24,000 nt of DNA. Origin: Actinomycetales bacterium Actino_02. Its GTDB lineage: Bacteria; Actinomycetota; Actinomycetes; Propionibacteriales; Propionibacteriaceae. The stretch lies in the NCBI GenBank assembly GCA_001603275.1, contig LUYM01000006.1, forward strand, positions 450,532 to 474,531. The letters run 5' to 3'. Under the pieces are notes generated by a model. That model searched no databases and had not been told where the DNA came from. It saw only the letters and a program-made list of their open reading frames with translations. Both the position numbers and the translations under genes were made by a program. Of the stretch, positions 8,099 through 15,454 are shown one piece after another (position 1 is the first letter of the stretch; every line of letters begins with the position of its first letter).

Positions 8099-9418
8099 AT
8101 GGGGGGATTCCGGGGCAGTGCGCTGGGACGGTGGCTGGGCGGTTGGCTGGGGCTCGACGACCTGAGCTTCCGTGGCCGGCTGATCAGCGCGGCGGCGCGG
8201 GTCGGTGTCGCGATCAGCTGGGGATCGGCGCTGATCAACGTCGTGCTGGGCAGCCCGCTGTGGGGCGTCGTGCTCAACCTGGCAGCGGGCTTCGCGGTGA
8301 TCGCGCTGATGTGGTTCGCTCGGCGCACCGGCCGCTACTCGTTGGTCTACGTCATTGCAGCGGTGACCCTATTCCTTCTGGTGTTTCCTGCTCTGTTCTT
8401 CACCGGTGGTGGCTATCGCAGTGGAATGCCGGTGTTCTTCATGTTCGCCATCGCCTTTACCGCAGTGATCCTCGACGGGCGCGCGCTCAAGGTTTTGTTG
8501 CCACTGGAGGCGGTGACGTTCGCCGCCTGCCTCGGCATTGCCTATTGGCAGCCCTGGACGGTCATTCCGCTGGCGTCGGAGCCGGCCGAGCTGGCCGACA
8601 TCGCCTATGCGGTAATCGGTGCTGGATTGGCCATGGCTGTCGCGGTACAGCTACTGATCGGCATCTACCAGAACAACCAGCGGCAGCTCACCGAGCAGAA
8701 CCTGGCCCTGGCGCAGGTGGACCGCGCTCGGGCGGAGTTTCTGGCCGTAGTGGCGCACGAGCTGAACACGCCGCTCACGGTGATCAAGACGCATGCGTCC
8801 GAGGCCGGGCGCGAGCTCCTGCACGCACCTGATCAAGCGGCACAGGACGTCCGTGTGATCGAGACGGAGGTCGATCGGCTGGGGCGGCTGGTCAGCCAGC
8901 TTCTGGACATGACCCGGATCAATGAGGGCCGGCTGGTCCTCGAGTGCGCTCCCCAGGACCTGGATGAGATCGTCCAGCGGACGCTGCAGGCCTACCGTCC
9001 GCTATGGACGCGGCGTGGGAACTCCCTCACTGTGGTCAGCGATCCCTCGCTGCCGCCGGTGCTGGCCGATCGGGAACGACTGACCCAGGTTCTGGTGAAC
9101 CTGCTCTCCAACGCGGGTCGCCACACCGACCACGGTGCCATCACGATCACGCTGAACCGGGTCGACGATCATGCTCGGATCACGGTGACCGACACCGGCT
9201 CGGGGATCCCGCCTGAGCTGCTGCCGCGATTGGGTGAGGGGCCACTTCGTGAGCGCCCGGCCGGACTGCGCTCGGCGCGCGATGCCGGCTTGGGGGTCGG
9301 CCTGATGATCTCTCGGCATATCGTCGACGCACACGGGGGAGAGCTCACGCTCTCCTCGACGCTCGGCGCGGGAACCACGGCGAGTTTCACGCTGCCACTG
9401 GCCGATCAGCCGGGCTAG
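8099..9418 (+). CDS. sensor histidine kinase with a multi-TM N-terminal sensor
   Basis: Five to six N-terminal hydrophobic segments. The H-box is AEFLAVVAHELNTPLTVI, the N-box is LVNLLSNAGRHT, and the G-boxes are DTGSGIPPE and GLGVGLMISRHIV. The start is set at ATG 8099. GTG 8033 is possible. Confidence 0.9.
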   Translation: MGGFRGSALGRWLGGWLGLDDLSFRGRLISAAARVGVAISWGSALINVVLGSPLWGVVLNLAAGFAVIALMWFARRTGRYSLVYVIAAVTLFLLVFPALFFTGGGYRSGMPVFFMFAIAFTAVILDGRALKVLLPLEAVTFAACLGIAYWQPWTVIPLASEPAELADIAYAVIGAGLAMAVAVQLLIGIYQNNQRQLTEQNLALAQVDRARAEFLAVVAHELNTPLTVIKTHASEAGRELLHAPDQAAQDVRVIETEVDRLGRLVSQLLDMTRINEGRLVLECAPQDLDEIVQRTLQAYRPLWTRRGNSLTVVSDPSLPPVLADRERLTQVLVNLLSNAGRHTDHGAITITLNRVDDHARITVTDTGSGIPPELLPRLGEGPLRERPAGLRSARDAGLGVGLMISRHIVDAHGGELTLSSTLGAGTTASFTLPLADQPG

Positions 9419-10125
9419 TCGGCGGGGTCGAACCGAACCTGGCGCAACACGTAGCGACGATCTGCGGTCATGGCCAGATCGAAGGCGCTGGCGTCGTCGA
9501 GCCCGAGCTTCTTGCGCAGGGTGGAGATCGTCTGACGGACGGTGTTGGTCGGGCCGGTCGCTTTGACCCGCCACACCGAGGTGAGCAGCTCCTCCTGAGT
9601 CGCCCCCACGCCGAGATTGGACGCGAGGAAGCCGAGCAACTGCAGCTCCATTCGAGTCAGGGCGATCTCGCGTCCGGAGAGGACCACCCGGCCGGTGACG
9701 AAGTCGAGGTGCAGCGGCGGCAGGTCGATTCGTCCGATCCGGGGCGCAGCGGCGCGACGCAGCTGGGCCTGGATCCGCGCCGTGAGCACATCGAAGCTGA
9801 ATGGCTTGGCGATGTAGTCATCGCCACCGGCCTCCAGTCCGCGGACGACCGCCCGATCATGGCCCATGGCCGTCAGATAGATGATCGGTGCCGCGGTGAT
9901 CGGACGCAGCTTCGCGCACACTTCGTAGCCGGAGCCGTCCGGAAGGAGGATGTCGAGGAGCACGACATCAGGTTGGTGTTCCCAGGCTGCGGCCAGCGCT
10001 GCCTGCGCGGTGCCGGCCTCCAGCACCGCGAAACCCGCGTCGGTGAGATGCCGGGCGACCGCGGAGCGCAGGGTCTCCTCGTCCTCGACTACCAGCACGA
10101 CCGGCGTCCGGGAGCCCTCCTTCAA
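9415..10125 (-). CDS. OmpR/PhoB-family response regulator
   Basis: The receiver domain shows VVLVVEDEE, DVVLLDILLPDGSG and YIAKPF. The winged-helix output domain shows LTRMELQLLGFLASN and VRQTISTLRKKL. I start it at TTG 10125, which is preceded by GGGGAGGA. The 100-codon upstream extension in the ORF track is rejected. Confidence 0.9.
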   Translation of the reverse strand: MKEGSRTPVVLVVEDEETLRSAVARHLTDAGFAVLEAGTAQAALAAAWEHQPDVVLLDILLPDGSGYEVCAKLRPITAAPIIYLTAMGHDRAVVRGLEAGGDDYIAKPFSFDVLTARIQAQLRRAAAPRIGRIDLPPLHLDFVTGRVVLSGREIALTRMELQLLGFLASNLGVGATQEELLTSVWRVKATGPTNTVRQTISTLRKKLGLDDASAFDLAMTADRRYVLRQVRFDPAD

Positions 10126-10303
10126 TCGTCCTCCCCTCGATGGGGCGATCCTAGGCTGGGTGACGGGTGCTCGCCCAGTGGGATGAGTTGCGCATCTTGC
10201 TCCAGCCGGATCGTGAACCGGCCAGTCACATGCGGGGTTTGCGGATCGAGAGCCCAGGGCCGCCGGCCTGCCGTATCGTCCGATCAGAAAGGAAGGGATC
10301 GAG

Positions 10304-10645
10304 GTGGATTGGCGCATGCTCGCCTGGCTGCTCGTGGTGGCGGTGTTTCTGATTCTGCCTTGGGCGGTTCGCTCGCTGCGCTCGGCGTTGTCCGGGGGCG
10401 ATGGCTTTGGCAGGGCTCGGCGCAATGGCTATGTCACCGAGAATGTGGACGAGCTGCTGGATCAGGTGTACGCCCTGCCGGCTACCGCCGAGGGCCGGTC
10501 CGAGGCGCTTCAGCTCCTGAGCTCGGCGCGATTTCACCTGGATCGCACCGGTGGCTATCAACCCGTGGCCGTCGATCGTTTTCTGGACTCCGTGACCTCG
10601 GCCCTGTCGACCGGGTCCACGCTCCCGCCACGGCCCGAGCACTGA
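10304..10645 (+). CDS. small membrane-anchored protein with two DivIVA-domain repeats
   Basis: An N-terminal TM segment (LAWLLVVAVFLILPWAV) is followed by two copies of the DivIVA N-terminal motif F-x-R-x(2,3)-GY-x4-VD-x-[FL]LD-x-V (FGRARRNGYVTENVDELLDQV and FHLDRTGGYQPVAVDRFLDSV). GTG 10304 is preceded by GAAAGGAAGG. Confidence 0.8.
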   Translation: MDWRMLAWLLVVAVFLILPWAVRSLRSALSGGDGFGRARRNGYVTENVDELLDQVYALPATAEGRSEALQLLSSARFHLDRTGGYQPVAVDRFLDSVTSALSTGSTLPPRPEH

Positions 10646-10668
10646 CGGGTGCTGGCCGCCGGCGACTG

Positions 10669-10734
10669 GATTTGCACTCTCGATGCTGCTGGCGCGGTGA
10701 TTTGAGGCCGGTTTGGTCATCGAGGGGGCAAATC
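10669..10734. terminator. Long-range hairpin between convergent genes
   Basis: Arms gatttgcactctcgatg (10669-10685) and catcgagggggcaaatc (10718-10734) are complementary at 15 of 17 positions, with a 32-nt loop. No U-tract. Confidence 0.3.
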
Positions 10735-10758
10735 TCGTCGGTCAGTGCGCGGCCAGGC

Positions 10759-11241
10759 TCAGCGTGCGCCGGGATATCCCAGCTGCCGCCAGGCCTCGTA
10801 GACCGCGATGGCAGCCGCATTGGCCAGGTTCAGTGAGCGCATTCCGGCCCGCATCGGGATTCTCAGCGTGGCGGTGACGCGTGGGTCGGCGAGCACCTCG
10901 GGAGCCAACCCGGTCGGCTCGGGGCCGAACAGCAGGACGTCGCCGGGTTCGTAGGCGATGTCGGTGTAGTTCGTCTCGGCGTGCGACGTGAAGGCGAAGA
11001 CCCGGGCCGGAAGTAGCGCGGCGTAGGCGTCCGACAAGGAGTCATGGACGAAGGTGGCCGCCTGATCGCGGTAGTCGACGCCGGCCCGACGCAGCTTGGC
11101 GTCGTCCATGTCGAAGCCCAGCGGACGGGCCAGGTGCAGTTCGGCGCCGGTGACCGCGGCCAGCCGCATGGTGGCTCCGGTGTTGTTCGGGATCCGCGGC
11201 TCGCAGAACAGGATGCGCAGCGGGGGAGTCACGTCGGCCAT
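10759..11241 (-). CDS. trmL: tRNA (cytidine/uridine(34)-2'-O)-methyltransferase, SpoU/TrmL type
   Basis: The sequence LRILFCEPRIPNNTGATMRLAAVTGAELHL and the C-terminal knot region RSLNLANAAAIAVYEAWRQLG are typical of TrmL/YibK. It starts at ATG 11241, 4 nt after the upstream stop. Confidence 0.9.
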   Translation of the reverse strand: MADVTPPLRILFCEPRIPNNTGATMRLAAVTGAELHLARPLGFDMDDAKLRRAGVDYRDQAATFVHDSLSDAYAALLPARVFAFTSHAETNYTDIAYEPGDVLLFGPEPTGLAPEVLADPRVTATLRIPMRAGMRSLNLANAAAIAVYEAWRQLGYPGAR

Positions 11242-11245
11242 CTTG

Positions 11246-12178
11246 TCACCGGCTCCCGGGGGCGGCTGCATCGGGCCACTCCAGAGCGAACTGACTGGTG
11301 AACGCGCGATCGCTGCCGTCGATCGGGTCGACGAAGGCCAGCCGGTGTGCGATCAGCTGCAGTGGGTGGCTGAAGTCGTCAGCCGGTACGTCCAGTACCT
11401 CCGGGTAGAGCGGGTCGCCGAGGATCGGCAGGCCGAGCGCGGCCAGGTGCACCCGCAGTTGATGGGTCTTGCCGGTGGCCGGGGTGAGTCGATAGCAGGC
11501 CAGGTCGCCGCGCACCTCGTCCAGTTCGATCAGGGTTTCGGCGTTCGGCTCGCCATCGACGAGCTCGGCCTGTAGGTTGCCGCGCCGCTTCTCGATCCGT
11601 CCGAGTTCGCGTCGCGGGAACTCCAGGGACGGGTTGAAGGGCGCTAGCGCGAGGTAGGTCTTGCGGACTCCCTGGCTCTGGAACAGCCCCGAGTAGGCGG
11701 CTCGGAACTCCCGCCGGGTGGTGAGCGCCAGCACGCCGGCGGTCAGCCGATCCAGCCGATGCGCCGGAGCCAGTTCGGGCAGGTCGAGCGCCTCCCGCAG
11801 CCGGACCAGCACGGTCTCGCGGACGTGCGCGCCGCGTGGTGTTGTCGCCAAGAAGTGCGGCTTGTCGACCACCACGATCCGCTCGTCGGCGTGCAGGATG
11901 CGGAGCTCGAACGGCACGAGCGGCTCGGGGGCCAGCTCACGGTGGAACCACACCAGAGTGTGCGGACGGTACGGCTCACCATCGGCGATCGGACGCCCGG
12001 CCTGATCGACAAACGCGCCTGTGGCAAGCATGGATGCCACCGGGGCCTGGTCCGGGAGTCGCTCGCGCAGGAACTCACCCATCGTCGCCCAGCGCGGATT
12101 GATGCCGGGCTCGCGATCGGGGGTGCGCACCCAGGCGGCGTCCAGGCCATCGCGCTGGGGCAGCGGCGAGCGCGGCAT
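11246..12178 (-). CDS. RluA-family pseudouridine synthase
   Basis: The catalytic motif HRLDRLTAGVLALT is present, together with VVVDKPHFLATTP and KTYLALA. The gene is co-directional and nearly abutting with trmL. Confidence 0.9.
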   Translation of the reverse strand: MPRSPLPQRDGLDAAWVRTPDREPGINPRWATMGEFLRERLPDQAPVASMLATGAFVDQAGRPIADGEPYRPHTLVWFHRELAPEPLVPFELRILHADERIVVVDKPHFLATTPRGAHVRETVLVRLREALDLPELAPAHRLDRLTAGVLALTTRREFRAAYSGLFQSQGVRKTYLALAPFNPSLEFPRRELGRIEKRRGNLQAELVDGEPNAETLIELDEVRGDLACYRLTPATGKTHQLRVHLAALGLPILGDPLYPEVLDVPADDFSHPLQLIAHRLAFVDPIDGSDRAFTSQFALEWPDAAAPGSR

Positions 12179-12247
12179 CAGGGCGTCCGCCGGATCGAGG
12201 TCACCGGATCAGGCTACGGGACCGTTCGACGACTTCCTCAGTATTCA

Positions 12248-12300
12248 GTGTTGCTAACTACCGGTACTCAGTGTTACCGTCTACTGGTAGTCAGCAACAC
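12248..12300. promoter_or_regulatory. Operator-like inverted repeat upstream of padR
   Basis: The arm gtgttgctaactaccggta (12248-12266) is complementary to tactggtagtcagcaacac (12283-12300) at 17 of 19 aligned positions. It lies 19 nt upstream of the PadR ATG, in the spacer shared with the divergent rluA-like gene. Confidence 0.5.
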
Positions 12301-12318
12301 AGAGTAGATGGGACGGCG

Positions 12319-12648
12319 ATGGCCAATCAGATGACCGAACTGCTCAAGGGCAGCCTCGAGGGCATCGTGCTGGGGCTGCTGGCGCAGCGCCCGGCGTACG
12401 GCTACGAGATCACCGCGCAGCTGCGCGACGCCGGTTTCACCGACATTGTCGAGGGCACCGTCTATGCGGTGCTGGTCCGCGTCGAGCAGCGCGGCTTCGT
12501 CGATGTCGAGCGGGTCACCTCGGAGAAGGGCCCGCCGCGCAAGGTCTACTCCCTCAACGCGCGCGGACGTGCGCAACTCGACGAGTTCTGGACGGCCTGG
12601 GGCTTCCTGGCCGACCGGATCAACCGGCTTCACGAAGGCAAGGAGTAA
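12319..12648 (+). CDS. PadR-family transcriptional regulator
   Basis: A winged-helix PadR signature is present: LKGSLEGIVLGLLAQRPAYGYEITAQL, EGTVYAVLVRVEQRGFV and KVYSLNARG. The start is set at ATG 12319. Confidence 0.9.
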   Translation: MANQMTELLKGSLEGIVLGLLAQRPAYGYEITAQLRDAGFTDIVEGTVYAVLVRVEQRGFVDVERVTSEKGPPRKVYSLNARGRAQLDEFWTAWGFLADRINRLHEGKE

Positions 12649-12650
12649 TC

Positions 12651-13016
12651 ATGGCCAACTGGATCGAGGTCCTCAACGGATCTTTGGAGCAGAAGAAGCA
12701 GTACCGCGAATACAAGGCTCGGCTGAAGGCGTTGCCGGAGCCCTATGCGGCGGCTGCCAAGGCGATCGACCGCTACGTCATGTACTACGGAGGGCTCACC
12801 GACGGCGACACGATGGTGCGCCTGCTCACCGACCACATCGAGTTGTGGGAGCGGGCCGCGGCCGATGCGACACCGCTGCGCGAGATCGTCGGCGACGACC
12901 CGGTCGACTTCACCGAGACCTTCATCCGGGCCTACTCCGGTACCCAGTGGATCGACAAGGAGCGGGCTCGGCTGGTGAAGGCGATCGACGATGCCGACAG
13001 TGGCATTGCCGGTTGA
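12651..13016 (+). CDS. DUF1048-family protein (PadR-associated)
   Basis: A strong SD (AAGGAG) lies 5 nt upstream and the start is 2 nt after the padR stop. The sequence (KKQYREYKARLKALPEPY ... RYVMYYG) matches my recollection of the DUF1048 family, which commonly follows PadR genes. Confidence 0.8.
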   Translation: MANWIEVLNGSLEQKKQYREYKARLKALPEPYAAAAKAIDRYVMYYGGLTDGDTMVRLLTDHIELWERAAADATPLREIVGDDPVDFTETFIRAYSGTQWIDKERARLVKAIDDADSGIAG

Positions 13017-13025
13017 GCAGCCCTG

Positions 13026-13526
13026 CTATGCCAGCGGCCGGCTCCAGACAGCGACCGTGGTCTCGACCGGACCTTCGATGAACGGGACAACCCGGCCGGT
13101 GGGACGGTAGCCCAGCTTCGACCAGAACGGCTCGGCGCCGGCAGCGTTGGTCTCGACGATGCCCAGCCGGAGCGTGTCGACGCCCTCCCAGTCGCGGACG
13201 AGGCTGAGCACATGGTCGTGGAGGGCACGGCCGATGCCCTGGCCTTCGTGGTCGCCGTGGACGAGCAGCAGCCCGATGTGGGCGGTCTGCTCGTTCGGCC
13301 ACGACTGCAGGACGTCGGCGACGGCGACCAGGGTGCCGTCCAGCCGGGCCCCGACGCAGTGCTTCTGGCCCGGTTTGAGATCGGGCGGGCTGTCGAGGAG
13401 CACCTCCAGGCCGTCCCCGGGGGCCGGTGGACGTCCGGAGACCCGTTCGGTGTAGCCGGGGTTGGACTCCAGCAGCGCTTGGACCGCGGGGGCGTCCGCC
13501 TCGTCGAGGGCACCGAAGGTCAGCAT
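13026..13526 (-). CDS. GNAT-family N-acetyltransferase
   Basis: The acetyl-CoA binding motif A is present (LLVHGDHEGQGIGRALHDHV), and the length is typical at about 166 aa. Confidence 0.88.
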   Translation of the reverse strand: MLTFGALDEADAPAVQALLESNPGYTERVSGRPPAPGDGLEVLLDSPPDLKPGQKHCVGARLDGTLVAVADVLQSWPNEQTAHIGLLLVHGDHEGQGIGRALHDHVLSLVRDWEGVDTLRLGIVETNAAGAEPFWSKLGYRPTGRVVPFIEGPVETTVAVWSRPLA

Positions 13527-13623
13527 GAGGCCACCTTGTCAGGAGCGGTTTCGTCCGGCAACTGTCCAGTGCGAGTGCGCGGACAGTCTCCCGTGTGCCG
13601 GGTCGGCGTGCGATGCTCGATTC

Positions 13624-13908
13624 ATGTCCAGCATCGTTCCCCCGCCCCAGGAGCGCTTCGACCCGATCACGGCTCGCTGGCTGACACCCGGTGGCCCACT
13701 TCCCGATCCGGCGCGCGATGAGGTCGACCCCGAGCACCGCGAGCCGGTGACCATCGTCGGACCGGTGCCGCCGGAACTCGCCGGTGCCGAACATGCAACA
13801 GATCCAACTGGCTGGCGCAGCATGGTGACTCCGCGCCAGCTGCGATGGGCGCTGGTTGCCCTGGTCCTGCTCGCCTTCGTCCTGGGTGGGTTCAGCCTCG
13901 GCTTCTGA
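13624..13908 (+). CDS. hypothetical Pro-rich protein with a C-terminal TM anchor
   Basis: ATG 13624 lies within the listed 148-aa ORF. GC3 is reasonably high. The C-terminal hydrophobic segment is LRWALVALVLLAFVLGGFSLGF. I recognise no family. Confidence 0.45.
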   Translation: MSSIVPPPQERFDPITARWLTPGGPLPDPARDEVDPEHREPVTIVGPVPPELAGAEHATDPTGWRSMVTPRQLRWALVALVLLAFVLGGFSLGF

Positions 13909-14183
13909 GCTGCGTCGTCGACTCGACCCCACTCAACAGTCGCAAAGTGGACTTGTATTCGGCGTCACAGCGCAAGGAAGTCCTCCTTGCGGTTCTTTCG
14001 GGAGCGGATCTACTTCCAGAGGTGGACGCTCCGAGGCCGGCGAATCTGCCACCATTGTTCGGTTAGTTCCTGATGATCGAACCGCATAGCCCGGTAGGAA
14101 GTCCGGGCGGCACCGCAGGTGCCCGTCGCCCCTGGAGGGAATCCGGAGATTCAGGTCCGCTGAGGCGTACCTGGAGGCGTGCG
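13909..14183 (+). promoter_or_regulatory. Structured, lower-GC 5' leader of the yjdF homologue (candidate cis-regulatory RNA)
   Basis: There is no credible ORF. My hand count over 13921-14100 gives about 57% GC. Hairpins are 13971-13991 (8 bp), 14001-14032 (6 bp), 14089-14108 (6 bp) and 14109-14123 (5 bp). The 9-mer aggaagtcc occurs twice (13975 and 14096), each time spanning a hairpin loop. Confidence 0.3.
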
Positions 14184-14606
14184 ATGTCTGTCGAGTTCGA
14201 TGTGTTCCATGACGGTCAGTTCTGGGTTGGGGTGCTCACCCTCACCGAGGGCTCATCGTTGCGTGCGGCACGGGTGGTGTTCGGCGCTGAGCCATCCGAT
14301 GCCGAGCTTCACGACTACCTGCTGCGGCATGGCGACGAGCTGCTGAGTCGAGCGGTGGCCGGTCCTTCGGTGGACGCCGGCGGCCGTGCGCGGCGTCCGG
14401 TGAACCCGAAGCGGGCCGCCCGCGAGGCGGCCGCCGCGGCGAAGGTTCACAGCGCCTCGACGGCGGCTCAGGATGCTCTGCGGCAGGCTCAAGAGGTGGC
14501 GGCCCAGGAACGCGTCCAGCTCAGTCGCGACGCCCGTGAAGTGGTCGCTGAGCGCAAGCGAGCGGTGCGCCGAGCCCGGGCCAAGGCGCGGCATCGGGGG
14601 CATTGA
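14184..14606 (+). CDS. YjdF-family protein (DUF2992)
   Basis: The N-terminal FHDGQFWVGVL, the central VNPKRAAREAA and the basic C-terminal tail ARAKARHRGH match my recollection of the B. subtilis YjdF family. GGAGG lies 6 nt upstream of ATG 14184. Confidence 0.82.
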   Translation: MSVEFDVFHDGQFWVGVLTLTEGSSLRAARVVFGAEPSDAELHDYLLRHGDELLSRAVAGPSVDAGGRARRPVNPKRAAREAAAAAKVHSASTAAQDALRQAQEVAAQERVQLSRDAREVVAERKRAVRRARAKARHRGH

Positions 14607-14741
14607 CGTCAGTGGGTTCACGTTCGCTGAAGCGCCAATCGCCCGGTCAGTTGCCGGTCACGTCGAGCCCGACTGAGCGCGCCTGGCCCCTCCTGCCGAG
14701 GTTCGCTCTACGTTTCTGCCAAGGGCCAACGACGAACGGAG

Positions 14742-15137
14742 ATGGCAGTCATGGCTGGGACGCAGGCGGGTTGGTATGACGACGGGTCGGGGACGATGCG
14801 CTGGTGGGACGGCAAGGACTGGACCGACCGGGTGCAGACCCCGGCCGAGGCTCCGCCGCCGGGTGGTTTCATCGACCGAATCGCGGCGAGTGCTGTGGCT
14901 GGTGAGCAAGCGCGTCCGGCTCCACGAGGCGCGAGCTACGTGGTGCTGCAGGTGGTGCTCAAGGAGAAGCTCTTGGGCACTGGCTCTGGGAACCTGACCC
15001 AACTCGAGCGGGCCATCAACGCCCAGGCGGCTCTCGGTTACCGGCTGCACACCATCACGACCGCTTCGTCCGGCAGCACGGGCTTCGGTGGCGGTGACCG
15101 GATTCAGGCGACGATGGTCTTCGAGAAGCTGACCTGA
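14742..15137 (+). CDS. DUF2510 (N-terminal) / DUF4177-like (C-terminal) protein
   Basis: GWYDDGSGTMRWWDGKDWTD is the DUF2510 repeat. The C-terminal YVVLQV ... LERAINAQAALGYRLHTI resembles DUF4177. Confidence 0.8.
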   Translation: MAVMAGTQAGWYDDGSGTMRWWDGKDWTDRVQTPAEAPPPGGFIDRIAASAVAGEQARPAPRGASYVVLQVVLKEKLLGTGSGNLTQLERAINAQAALGYRLHTITTASSGSTGFGGGDRIQATMVFEKLT

Positions 15138-15297
15138 CCCAATGTGATGAGGAGCCACCGGAGCAGGCGAAACCGCGCCTCACAGATGCCTAGCTGAGGA
15201 TCCGGGCGCCGATGTCGTCATTTTCAGACCACTGGCTCAGCCTCATCACGGTGGGGGCTCCGACTTCGTCGCTATGGGGCCGGGTTGAGGGCCCCAA

Positions 15298-15363
15298 AGC
15301 GACAACATCGGAGCTCGAGCGCCAGAGAGCGCGTTCGCACCGCCTCCATAGCGACAACATCGG
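15298..15363. repeat. 14-nt direct repeat (two copies, 52-nt period) with an inverted partial copy upstream
   Basis: The sequence agcgacaacatcgg occurs at 15298-15311 and 15350-15363. The sequence gtcgctatgg at 15268-15277 is the exact complement of ccatagcgac at 15346-15355. Confidence 0.6.
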
Positions 15364-15454
15364 GGTCGGGGGATACGGACAGGCGAGTCTGTCGTGTCCA
15401 TAGCCAATATGACTGGGTGAGCGGCTTCCGCTGTGACTGTGGGTCTGAGCCTGG

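Noticed and set aside
9415-10425. Full 336-aa version of the response-regulator ORF
   Set aside because: The first 100 codons are low-complexity and overlap the divergent DivIVA-domain gene. The receiver domain begins right after TTG 10125, which has a strong SD.
12922-13932. 336-aa and 193-aa minus-strand ORFs overlapping the GNAT gene and neighbours
   Set aside because: These are Arg/Pro-rich shadow frames. The GNAT frame (13026-13526) has the acetyl-CoA motif.
13845-14089. 73-aa and 77-aa plus-strand ORFs inside the yjdF leader
   Set aside because: They overlap each other in different frames. They show no codon-phase GC bias, no SD and no recognisable sequence. The region is better explained as untranslated leader.
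15212-15403. 63-aa plus-strand ORF in the convergent spacer (and the 127-aa minus-strand ORF at 15190-15573)
   Set aside because: GC3 is only about 70%. The two DNA repeat copies fall in different reading phases. The minus-strand ORF runs out of frame into the YcaQ-like gene.
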